Of a stretch of DNA of 64,000 bases, positions 23,601-31,432 are shown one piece after another. The notes below the pieces were generated by a model. The model saw only the letters and a list, made by a program, of their open reading frames with translations. It made no database searches and was not told the DNA's origin. Source of the stretch: Piscinibacter defluvii (GTDB lineage: Bacteria > Pseudomonadota > Gammaproteobacteria > Burkholderiales > Burkholderiaceae_C); contig NZ_ML137196.1 in NCBI RefSeq assembly GCF_004011805.1, forward strand, positions 369,024 to 433,023, read 5' to 3'. A program made the translations under genes and the position numbers. Within the stretch, counting starts at the first letter, position 1; each line of letters opens with the position of its first letter.

Positions 23601-24255
23601 CGCCGCCCAGGTAGAGCTGGTGCGGGCGCTTCAGCGCCGCCGGGCCGAGCGGATCGCCCTCCTGGCGCGACTGCCCGGCAAACGCCTGCTCGACCAGCGT
23701 GTCGATCCACGGCATCGCGTCGTAGTGGTCGTTGGCAACGCGCCGGCACGAGCCGTACAGCACGTTCAGGTCGGTCAGCAGCGCGGGCGGCAGCGCGAAG
23801 CTGGGCAGGAATCCGGCGGTGTAGCCGAGCGGCGCCTCGCTGACCCAGGCGCTCGGCGGCAGCCCGGCGGCGCTGAAGCGGCCGAGCAGGCCTTCGCTGG
23901 CGAGGCTGCGCTTGCCCGTGCCGTCGGCCGGCTGGAAGGCCAGGTCGTAGGCGTAGTTGACCCCCGGCTGCAGCGCCACCGCTGGGGCCGGCCGGCGCAC
24001 GACGACCAGCGCCACGTGCAGCCGCTCGCCGATGCGCAGCGTGGCCGTGGCCGGCGACACGGAGATCGCCTTGACCGTGGTGCCCGACTTGCGCAGCCCT
24101 TCCCAGACCGACAGCGTGACCGTGGCACTGCGGCTCAGCGCCACCCACACCGCCACCGCACGCGGCTCCACACGCCGCAGGATCGGGCCGGCCAGCACGA
24201 ACGGCAGTTCCACGCGCGGGGTCTCCTCGGGCCGGTGCCACGGCGCCCATCGCAC
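20617..24255 (-). CDS. PhoD-like metallophosphatase-family protein, greatly expanded (1212 aa) (gene 1 of giant operon)
   Basis: Ordered PhoD-like motifs are present: YGSCRR (about residue 168), LGGDQIYADD (about 218; nt about 23590-23605), MVFDDHDVTDDWN (nt about 22170-22206) and LLSGDVHYS (nt about 21440-21466). An N-terminal region is reminiscent of the PhoD N-terminal beta-sandwich. The motifs are spread over about 700 residues, against about 300 in a canonical PhoD. Confidence 0.65.
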   Translation of the reverse strand: MRWAPWHRPEETPRVELPFVLAGPILRRVEPRAVAVWVALSRSATVTLSVWEGLRKSGTTVKAISVSPATATLRIGERLHVALVVVRRPAPAVALQPGVNYAYDLAFQPADGTGKRSLASEGLLGRFSAAGLPPSAWVSEAPLGYTAGFLPSFALPPALLTDLNVLYGSCRRVANDHYDAMPWIDTLVEQAFAGQSRQEGDPLGPAALKRPHQLYLGGDQIYADDVSAPHLMLLNRLAHRLLSDSESPAAPKVETLRAAGTRLKTFATFPESLLVGRVPVLKDAKLDLASQRYPATLDAFPPGGRLELTRADARFTSSDGSSHLLSFGEFAAMYLTVDADWCWEALKEIPLDAVARSPGKDNIDAAPMYARSRLDDASVDYFGNARWSDWNAIRPRPDEKTGVVGPRNKRRLADCFAHFMLQRLARSNPPRGHAGFLALIGDPDSLALLGAEQRAELDPDTGRAMEELARKHAAVVQTFMRQLQARVMRALVKRFGIARVADVDCVIDPQAQPPQRVLLAGPTAILAELRRRRQRYDDQQEDRWCEHLKTLVPAAQWAAFLREALQVAEARPWLAPEVPTLGGVAVSAPPDVADAALEGALLECLVTGWTDDPTPAQRKTFADDGYVNLGQTALARCVEEFAREHVWPVWRGVHVDLARLRRFAAGQPKVRRALANVPTYMVFDDHDVTDDWNLNPEWCRRVLAADAVRTQPLGRQVVRNALAAYAVFQDWGNDLLRYEAGAPGRLVLNQVVRLFGAAAAEWPLPAATRELDRLFGLDLLPQPVDPARPHGRHAPVNAPMKWHYTVDGSSFQVAVLDNRTRRSFASRFGPPGNVAATMIDDQVPAAPLPAGREVLLVVAPLQVLAPSVFDEVVAPGAYRAFDLSTPGQIGAGRGGEGMPGLNPDAIESWALDPATFEALTARLAPHRRVVLLSGDVHYSSATQMSYWRRGEAQPARLLQFTSSGLKNVMPSYITLIDHSLSFAQDLVRRDIGGDRLGWLDGADGAFAFPPGRSERDVPIVLRKRIPQRPAFLPTQGWPAGTTVRSERRPDFSWTLRPVFDLRPDAGTTTRPAMARPAPIAGGAPSRAQLEEGGDRARDAYAQVAARHVRQLDRLSHSRFILFRSNLGRVLFARRTEGSGSARRDVLEAVHQVICPLPDPLDGAEQPHLLTPEVAMEQRAELTPPAGAVRPEDEPLKAPLGESLVDRLRALGS

Positions 24256-24375
24256 GCGGCACCGGCACCGTAGTCCCTTGGCCGCACGCGCGTATCCCTA
24301 GTTCGGCAGGTGTCGGAGCGGCCCCGGCAGGCGCGCCGATCTAGCATGCGGCGGCACACAACCCCGGGAGCCCCC

Positions 24376-26853
24376 ATGCCGCTCGACCTCGACGCCCTGC
24401 TCGATGCGATGACGCTCCCCGAGCAGGTGAGCCTGCTCGCCGGTGCCGACTTCTGGCACACCGTGCCGATCCCGCGGCTCGCGGTGCCGTCGGTGAAGGT
24501 GAGCGACGGGCCGAACGGCGCGCGCGGCGGCATCTTCAAGGACGGGCCGAGCACCGCGTGTTTCCCGGTGGGCATCGCGCTCGCGGCCACCTGGGACGCC
24601 GCGCTGATCGAGCAGACCGGCGAAGCCCTCGGCCGCGAGGCGCGGCTCAAGGGCGCTCGCGTGCTGCTCGCGCCCACCGTGAACCTGCACCGCACCGTCT
24701 ACAACGGCCGCAACTTCGAGTGCTACTCGGAGGACCCCTGGCTGGCCGGCGAGATCGCGGTGGCCTATGTGCGCGGCCTGCAGCGCACCGGCGTGGCGGC
24801 GACGGTGAAGCACTTCGTCGGCAACGAGAGCGAGTTCCAGCGCCTGACCATCAGCTCCGACATCCCCGAACGCGCGCTGCGCGAGCTCTACCTGCTGCCC
24901 TTCGAGCGCGTGGTGCGCGAGGGCGGCGCCTGGGCGGTGATGACCGGCTACAACCGCGTCGACGGCAGCTTCATGGCCGACCACCGGCGCCTGGTGGAAG
25001 AGGTGCTGCGCGGCCAATGGGGCTTCGACGGCCTGGTGATGACGGACTGGGCCGCGGCGCACGACACCGTGCGCAGCGTGCTGGCCGGCTGCGACCTCGA
25101 GATGCCCGGCCCGGCGCGCGAGCGCGGCGCGAAGCTCGTCGAGGCCGTGCAGGCCGGCCGCCTGCCCGCGAGCGCGGTGCGAGCCTGCGCGCGGCGGGTG
25201 CTGCGCCTGGCCGAACGCGTGGGCAGCTTCGCGGACCCGACCCTCCCGCCCGAGCGCGCCGACGACCTGCCCGAGCACCGCGCGCTGATCCGCCGCCTCG
25301 GCGCGGCCGGCTGCGTGCTGCTGAAGAACGAGGGCGGGCTGCTGCCGCTCGCACCCGCGCCGGGCCAGCGCGTGGCGCTGATCGGCCGCGCGGCCACCGT
25401 GCCGCAGATCATGGGCGGAGGCAGCGCCAACGTGAACGCACATTACCGCAGCGCGCCGGCCGACGCGCTGCGCGAGGCCTGCCCCGAGGTGGGCTTCACG
25501 CACCATCCGGGCGCCGACATCCACCGCCTCGTGCCGCGCCAGCCGCGGCCGATGACGCTGGAGATCTACGCCAGCGCCGATTTCTCCGGCCCGATGGTGG
25601 CGACCCAGACCGTGCCCGACAGCGAGGTGCAGTGGATCGGCAGCCGGCCGCCGGGCATCGCCGAGGGCACGCCGTTCTCCTGCCGCGCGCGGCTGGAGTA
25701 CGTCGCCGAGAGCGACGGCGAGCATGCCTTCTCGCTCGTCTCGGCCGGCCGCTCGCGGCTGGCGATCGACGGCGTTCCGGCGCTCGATGCCTGGCGCGAC
25801 TGGCGGCGCGGCAGCACCTACTTCACCTTCGGCTGCGACGAGGTCGTGCACCGGCGCCGGCTGCGCGCGGGCGAACGGCTGGCGCTGCAGGTGGAGTTCA
25901 GCAGCGCGCTGCCCGACGTGCCGGGCCAGCAGGCCGGCGTGCACGCGCTGCGCGTCGGCGCGAGCCGGCTGCTCGACGAACGCGACATCGAGGCCGCCGT
26001 CGCGGCGGCGCGCGGCGCGGACCTGGCGATCGTGTTCGCCGGCCTGAACGCCGAGTGGGACAACGAGGGGCTGGACCGCCCCGGCATCACGCTGCCGCAC
26101 CGCCAGGACGAGCTGATCGCGAAGGTTGCCGCCGCCAACCCGCGCACCGTGGTCGTGCTGCAGAGCGGCTCGCCGCTGCTGCTGCCCTGGGTGGCCGACG
26201 TGCGCGCCATGCTGCAGGCCTGGTATCCCGGCCAGGAATGCGGCCACGCGATCGCCGACGTGCTGCTCGGCGCGGCCGAGCCCGGCGGCCGCCTGCCGCA
26301 GAGCTGGCCGGCGCGCATCGAAGACACCGTGGCGCATGGCGACCCGGCCGCCTACCCCGGCGTGGACGGCCACGTGGCCTACACCGAGGGCCTGCTGATC
26401 GGCTACCGGCACCACGAGGCACGCGGCATCGCACCGCGCTTCGCCTTCGGCCATGGCCTGAGCTACACGCGTTTCGAGCACAGCGGCCTGCGCTGCGATC
26501 GCCCCACCCTGCGGCCGGGCGAGACGCTCGGCGTCGCCCTCACCGTGCGCAACGTCGGCCCACGGGCCGGCAGCGAGGTGGTGCAGCTGTACGTGCACGA
26601 CGAGCAGAGTTCCCTGCCCCGGCCGCCGCAGGAGCTGAAGGCCTTCGCGAAGGTCTTTCTCGCGCCGGGCGAATCCCGCGAGCTGCGGCTGACCCTGTCG
26701 ATGCGCAGCTTCGCGTTCTACGACGACCGGCGTGCGGCCTGGGTGGCGGAGGCGGGGCGCTTCGAGTTGCGGGTGGGGGCGTCGGCGGCGGACATCCGGC
26801 TGCGGGTGGGGGTGGTGCTGGAGGGGGAGTGGGTGGAGGCGGTGGAGATGTGA
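24376..26853 (+). CDS. glycoside hydrolase family 3 beta-glucosidase (BglX-like)
   Basis: MPLDLDALLDAMTLPEQVSLLAGADFWHT... VKVSDGPNGARG... is GH3 N- and C-domain architecture. A GGGAG RBS lies 6 nt upstream of the ATG. The gene is divergent from the giant operon. Confidence 0.85.
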   Translation: MPLDLDALLDAMTLPEQVSLLAGADFWHTVPIPRLAVPSVKVSDGPNGARGGIFKDGPSTACFPVGIALAATWDAALIEQTGEALGREARLKGARVLLAPTVNLHRTVYNGRNFECYSEDPWLAGEIAVAYVRGLQRTGVAATVKHFVGNESEFQRLTISSDIPERALRELYLLPFERVVREGGAWAVMTGYNRVDGSFMADHRRLVEEVLRGQWGFDGLVMTDWAAAHDTVRSVLAGCDLEMPGPARERGAKLVEAVQAGRLPASAVRACARRVLRLAERVGSFADPTLPPERADDLPEHRALIRRLGAAGCVLLKNEGGLLPLAPAPGQRVALIGRAATVPQIMGGGSANVNAHYRSAPADALREACPEVGFTHHPGADIHRLVPRQPRPMTLEIYASADFSGPMVATQTVPDSEVQWIGSRPPGIAEGTPFSCRARLEYVAESDGEHAFSLVSAGRSRLAIDGVPALDAWRDWRRGSTYFTFGCDEVVHRRRLRAGERLALQVEFSSALPDVPGQQAGVHALRVGASRLLDERDIEAAVAAARGADLAIVFAGLNAEWDNEGLDRPGITLPHRQDELIAKVAAANPRTVVVLQSGSPLLLPWVADVRAMLQAWYPGQECGHAIADVLLGAAEPGGRLPQSWPARIEDTVAHGDPAAYPGVDGHVAYTEGLLIGYRHHEARGIAPRFAFGHGLSYTRFEHSGLRCDRPTLRPGETLGVALTVRNVGPRAGSEVVQLYVHDEQSSLPRPPQELKAFAKVFLAPGESRELRLTLSMRSFAFYDDRRAAWVAEAGRFELRVGASAADIRLRVGVVLEGEWVEAVEM

Positions 26854-27128
26854 CGCGGGGGAAGGTGCCGATTTGGGGGTGACCCGGGCATCTGGTCGAG
26901 CACGTCCGAAGGACCGCTCTCAACGGGCGCGAACTGTCGGAAACGAACCCGACGTGACACCCGCTTTGCTGATCTTGTCGCGCCAAGGCGGGCGGTCAGT
27001 TTCGGACCCTGCGAGCTCGACGAATTGCGAACCCATCGTGCCCCTTCCACACCTTCGTCGAATGCGCTGGCAACACCGCTCGGCTGCTGGACTCGAGGTT
27101 CGGCGCCACGGCCGACGAGTACACCGGG

Positions 27129-28352
27129 TTGCGCCTCACCGCGCCCCACCGCAACGCCATCCGCCCGGCGTCTGCAAGTCAACCGCCGATGGCCGCATGC
27201 GGGGCCGCGGGTTATGCTGCGTTCATCGCTCGCGCAGCCCGCGCGGCAAGCCACGACAACGCCGCCATGCCATCGAACCTGCCGCTCACGACCTTCCGCG
27301 CGACGGTCAAGTTCATGCGGCCGTCGTTCCTCAACCCGCTCGGCACGGCCCTGATGAAGCGCGCGTTTCCGATGTTCATGGCCCAGGGTCGCGAGGTCTC
27401 CGAGCACACGCGTGCCACGCTGGCCGCGGCGCGCGCCAGCGGCAGCGTGCAGCAGGCCTTCGTGCTCGACACGGTGCGCAGGCGCTGGTCGGGCGGCACC
27501 TCGCTGCCGCGCGGCTCGTACTACGCGGTGTGCAACGACGAGCACGGCAACGACCGCGGCACGCTGGCTCGCGAGCTCGGGGCCTACTTCGACGCAGGCG
27601 ACGCCGACCATGTGCTGATCGAGGACCTGGTCATGCCCGAACATGCCGAGCTGCTGCACGAGCACTGTCAGGCACCGGCTGGTCTGCGGCTCAAGCTGCC
27701 GCCAGGCACCACCGGTGCGCCCAACCCCATCCTTGCCGAGTGCATGGCCTCGGGCCTGATTCCGCCGCTGGAGCCGGGCTACGGCTTCATGCTCTATCTG
27801 CCGCTGGACATCGAGCCGATCGAGGTGGAGCGCGTGTTCGACCTGCGCCAGCGCGAGGCCCAGCAATGGCTGGCCGCGTTCCTGCCGCAAGGCAACGAGC
27901 TGTTCACGATGCCCAACGCGCGCAGGCTGGACACCTTCGTCGCCATGCTGCCCGACCTGATGGTGCCCGACCGCGGCGGCAGCGACCTCGACAAGGGCCT
28001 GGGCAACCTGCTGCGCCGCTCAGGTGCGCAGGGCCTGGTGTTTCCGTCGGCACGCAGCGACGTGCTCTGCGAGTTCACCGCCGGGCGCCTGAGCGACTTC
28101 CGCGGCTGGAACTTCGTCGACTACCGCAACGCGCCCGAAGACGAGTTCCTGCCGAACATGGTCTTCCAGGACGACTGGCTCTCCGACTTCGGCCAGGCCG
28201 AGATCCACATGGCGCCCGACGAAAGCCCCTACGCCGGCTCGTGGCGCGTGCAAGGCCACGAGGCCCAGCAAAGGCGCGAGATGGCCCTCCGCACGGCGGA
28301 CAGCTTTGACACCGTGGCGATCCTGCGCGAGCCGCCACCCGGCTCGGTGTGA
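27129..28352 (+). CDS. hypothetical protein with RES-domain-like motifs (start uncertain)
   Basis: The motifs RRRWSGG...YYAV...LARELGAY and later GLVFPSARSDV...NFVDYRNAPEDEF resemble the R-E-S core and C-terminal motif of RES toxins, though with longer spacing. The protein composition is non-artefactual. Alternative starts at 27267 and 27315. Confidence 0.4.
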   Translation: MRLTAPHRNAIRPASASQPPMAACGAAGYAAFIARAARAASHDNAAMPSNLPLTTFRATVKFMRPSFLNPLGTALMKRAFPMFMAQGREVSEHTRATLAAARASGSVQQAFVLDTVRRRWSGGTSLPRGSYYAVCNDEHGNDRGTLARELGAYFDAGDADHVLIEDLVMPEHAELLHEHCQAPAGLRLKLPPGTTGAPNPILAECMASGLIPPLEPGYGFMLYLPLDIEPIEVERVFDLRQREAQQWLAAFLPQGNELFTMPNARRLDTFVAMLPDLMVPDRGGSDLDKGLGNLLRRSGAQGLVFPSARSDVLCEFTAGRLSDFRGWNFVDYRNAPEDEFLPNMVFQDDWLSDFGQAEIHMAPDESPYAGSWRVQGHEAQQRREMALRTADSFDTVAILREPPPGSV

Positions 28353-28568
28353 GTTGACGGCGTTGAGGCGCCCGAGGTCGCGGCGGCCGGGGCCCACCCG
28401 ACAGCTGACTGCACAGCCGCCTGTCGACAGCGGCGGCTACCCGGCGGATCGAGATGGTCGCCGTCGGCGAGGTGGTCGCCCGCCCTGCGGCCGGGTCGCG
28501 CTGGTCGTGGCGGGTCGGTTCGGATGACACTCGAGCCCGTCCCCCCCTCGACGACGACAGGACCCACC

Positions 28569-28970
28569 ATGACCGCCAATCCCGACACCCACAGCAAGAC
28601 CATCGGCTACCTGCTCTGGATATTCGGCTTCATGGGCGCGCACCGCTTCTACTACGGGCGTCAGCTCACCGGCACGCTGTGGTTCTTCACCCTGGGCCTG
28701 CTGTTCGTCGGCTGGATCATCGACCTGTTCCTGATCCCCGGCATGGACCGCGACGCCGACCTCCGCTACGTGGCTGGCCCCAAGAGCTACAACGTCAGCT
28801 GGGTGCTGCTGACCTTCCTGGGCATCTTCGGCATCCACCGCTTCTACCTCGGCAAATGGCTCACCGGGCTGCTGTGGCTGCTCACCGGTGGGCTGCTGCT
28901 GGTGGGCGTGCTGTACGACTACTGGACGCTGAACGGGCAGGTGGACGAGGTCAACGGCAGGGCGAGCTGA
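28569..28970 (+). CDS. TM2 domain-containing membrane protein
   Basis: Two repeats of GxHRFYxGxxxxG (GAHRFYYGRQLTG and GIHRFYLGKWLTG) lie within hydrophobic helices. Confidence 0.7.
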   Translation: MTANPDTHSKTIGYLLWIFGFMGAHRFYYGRQLTGTLWFFTLGLLFVGWIIDLFLIPGMDRDADLRYVAGPKSYNVSWVLLTFLGIFGIHRFYLGKWLTGLLWLLTGGLLLVGVLYDYWTLNGQVDEVNGRAS

Positions 28971-29097
28971 CGCGCTCCCGTGCAGTCGGGTGCAGCGGTC
29001 ATCGGCCTTGCTGACCCGCGGGTGACCGCCCCGAAAGGAAAACGGAGCGCCCGACTCCCGTCGAACGCCCCGCACTGGCCAAGCCGGGCCCGGCCGC

Positions 29098-30315
29098 TCA
29101 CCCCTTCACGCACACCACCTGCTTCAGCGTGTGCACCACCTCCACCAGGTCGCGCTGCGCTTCCATCACGGCGTCGATGTCCTTGTAGGCCGCGGGCGTT
29201 TCGTCGATCACGTCCTTGTCCTTGCGGCATTCGACGCCAACGGTTGCGGCGCGGTGGTCGGCCAGCGTGAAGCGGCGCTTGGCCTCGCCGCGGCTCATCG
29301 CGCGGCCGGCGCCGTGCGAGCAGCTCTGGAACGACTCCGGGTTGCCCTTGCCGCGCACGATGTAGCTGCGCGCACCCATGCTGCCGGGAATGATGCCCAG
29401 CTGCCCGGCCTTTGCGCTCACCGCGCCCTTGCGGGTGACGTACACGTCTTCGCCGAAGTGGTGCTCCTTGCTCACGTAGTTGTGGTGGCAGTTCACCGCC
29501 TCCACGTGGCTCTGGAAGTTCTTGCGGATCACCGTCTTCGCGGCCTCGATCACGCGGCGCATCATCACCTCGCGGTTGATGGCGGCGAACTTCTGCGCCC
29601 AGCCCACGGCGCGCACGTAGTCGCCGAAGTAACGGCTGCCTTCCTCGAAGTAGGCGAGGTCACGGTCCGGCAGGTTGGCCTGGTTCCGGATCGCGTCCTG
29701 CTTGGCCAGCTCGATGAACATCGTGCCGATGAAGTTGCCCACCCCGCGCGAGCCCGAGTGCAGCATGAACCACACGTGGCCCGCCTCGTCCAGGCACACC
29801 TCGATGAAGTGGTTGCCCGTGCCCAGCGTGCCCAGGTGCGCAAGGTGGTTGGTCTTCTCCAGCTTCGGGTAGTCGCGGCACAGCTCGCTGAACCCGGGCT
29901 CGAGCTGCGCCCAGGCGCTGGTCACCGCGCCCGGCGGCTTCTGCCACGCACCGGGGTCGCGGCTGCCGGGCTGGCGGCCGTGCGGCACCGCGCGCTCGAT
30001 GGCCGCACGCAGCGGGCCCAGGTTGTCGGGCAGGTCTTCGGCGGTCAGCGTGGTCTTGCAGGCCATCATGCCGCAGCCGATGTCCACGCCCACCGCGGCC
30101 GGGATGATGGCGCGCAGCGTCGGGATCACCGAGCCCACCGTCGCGCCGATGCCGAAGTGCACGTCGGGCATGGCCGCGATGTGCCTGAAGACCACCGGCA
30201 GGCGCGCGGCGTTGGTCAGCTGGCGCTTGGCCTCGTCCTCGACGGGCACGCCGCGTGTCCACATCTTCAGCGGCACGCCACCGGGCACGTCTTCGTGGAT
30301 GGCGCTGCTTTCCAT
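29098..30315 (-). CDS. rtcB: RNA-splicing ligase RtcB (3-prime-phosphate/5-prime-hydroxyl RNA ligase)
   Basis: MESSAIHED...AAMPDVHFGIGATVGSV...NHFIEVC...HSGSRGVG...SCSHGAGRAMSR covers all signature RtcB metal- and GTP-binding motifs. 405 aa. Confidence 0.9.
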   Translation of the reverse strand: MESSAIHEDVPGGVPLKMWTRGVPVEDEAKRQLTNAARLPVVFRHIAAMPDVHFGIGATVGSVIPTLRAIIPAAVGVDIGCGMMACKTTLTAEDLPDNLGPLRAAIERAVPHGRQPGSRDPGAWQKPPGAVTSAWAQLEPGFSELCRDYPKLEKTNHLAHLGTLGTGNHFIEVCLDEAGHVWFMLHSGSRGVGNFIGTMFIELAKQDAIRNQANLPDRDLAYFEEGSRYFGDYVRAVGWAQKFAAINREVMMRRVIEAAKTVIRKNFQSHVEAVNCHHNYVSKEHHFGEDVYVTRKGAVSAKAGQLGIIPGSMGARSYIVRGKGNPESFQSCSHGAGRAMSRGEAKRRFTLADHRAATVGVECRKDKDVIDETPAAYKDIDAVMEAQRDLVEVVHTLKQVVCVKG

Positions 30316-30346
30316 GATTCGTTCTCCTTTCGTGCGGCCGCCGGGC

Positions 30347-31399
30347 TCAGGCCACGTGCAGCAACCCGCGCTTGATGCGCTGGCCCACCCGCTCGATGCG
30401 CCGCCAGCCGCTGTTGTCGTTCAAGGCGATCCAGCGCCGCTCCTCGGCGCGGTAGAACCAGTCCTTGTCCTGTTGGTAGTAGACCTGGGCTTCGGTGGAT
30501 TCCCAGATGTTGACGATCTCGTTGCTGTGCGCCCGCAGCTCGTCGAAGTCGGTCGTCGCCTTCTGTCCCATCTCGCTGTAGCAGGCGTTGAGCTGCAGCA
30601 GCAGGGCGTTGACGTCGGCCGGCATGCGCTGGGCATGCAGGCCGATCTTCACCGCCTCGTCGAGCAGGATCGGGTAGTTGTGCGAAGGGTACTTGCCGTT
30701 CAGCGCGGAGGCGATGGCCTCGGCCTGGGCCGCATCGTCGATGTGGTAGGCCAGCAGTTCGCGGCACAGCATCAACGAGAGCGATTCGGCCCGGTCCACC
30801 GCGCCGATCACCAGCGGGTGCACGTACTGGAACAGCGACTTGTAGGCGTTCTCCGGCACGGCGCTGCCCTGGCCCTGCTGGTCGCGCCAGAGCTTGATGA
30901 CGCGCTGCAGCTCGTCGAGGCTGACGCTGACGCGGTCGTTGTCGCGGTCCACCGGCGAGAGGGCGTGGTTCAGCGAGGTGTCCACCGCGGTGAGGTAGGC
31001 CGTGGGGCCCATCTCGATGCCGTCGGCGCCCAGCGCGACCATGGTCGCGGCCGAGGCGCACTCCAGCGGCACCAGCGCCACCAGGCGGCGGCAGTGCTGC
31101 CGCAGCAGGTTCACCAGGCGCAGCGACACCTGGCCGCTGCCGCCATCGCTCTTCAGGAACAGGTGGATCGTGTCGTGCCGGCCGAGCCGCTCGAGCACGT
31201 GGTACAGCGCGATCACGTCGGAGTGGCACACCGCGCCGCGCGGCCCGTTCCAGTAGGCCACCAGCGGGCCGCCCAGGCGCGCCGAGAGCGCGCGGATCAG
31301 CGCCTGCGTGCGCGTGAAGAGCACCGGCGGCTGCTTGACCTTGACCTCGATGGCCGGGAGTTGTTCGTTCTTCATGATCTTGTCCTTGGTGAGTGACAC
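30347..31399 (-). CDS. SDH-family ClpP-fold serine peptidase (serine dehydrogenase proteinase family)
   Basis: TIHLFLKSDGGSGQVSLRLVNLL...ALVPLECASAATMVALGADGIEMGPTAYL is the ClpP/crotonase-fold protease signature of the SDH (S49-related) family. About 350 aa. Confidence 0.65.
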   Translation of the reverse strand: MSLTKDKIMKNEQLPAIEVKVKQPPVLFTRTQALIRALSARLGGPLVAYWNGPRGAVCHSDVIALYHVLERLGRHDTIHLFLKSDGGSGQVSLRLVNLLRQHCRRLVALVPLECASAATMVALGADGIEMGPTAYLTAVDTSLNHALSPVDRDNDRVSVSLDELQRVIKLWRDQQGQGSAVPENAYKSLFQYVHPLVIGAVDRAESLSLMLCRELLAYHIDDAAQAEAIASALNGKYPSHNYPILLDEAVKIGLHAQRMPADVNALLLQLNACYSEMGQKATTDFDELRAHSNEIVNIWESTEAQVYYQQDKDWFYRAEERRWIALNDNSGWRRIERVGQRIKRGLLHVA

Positions 31400-31432
31400 C
31401 CCGCCCGCAACTCGTGCGGGCGGGGCGGGCGC

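Noticed and set aside
12839-24273. Very long antisense or alternative-frame ORFs over the giant operon: 12839..17989 +, 16789..19701 -, 17100..20672 +, 20609..24268 -, 20755..24273 +, 13896..16598 -
   Set aside because: Their composition is dominated by R, A, G and P with repetitive GRR/AAR runs. They overlap frames that have normal protein composition and tight operon junctions, so they are not real genes.
24298-26882. Long ORFs 24298..26598 - and 24558..26882 + overlapping the GH3 gene
   Set aside because: The GH3 frame (24376..26853 +) has clear family motifs and an RBS. The others are low-complexity artefacts.
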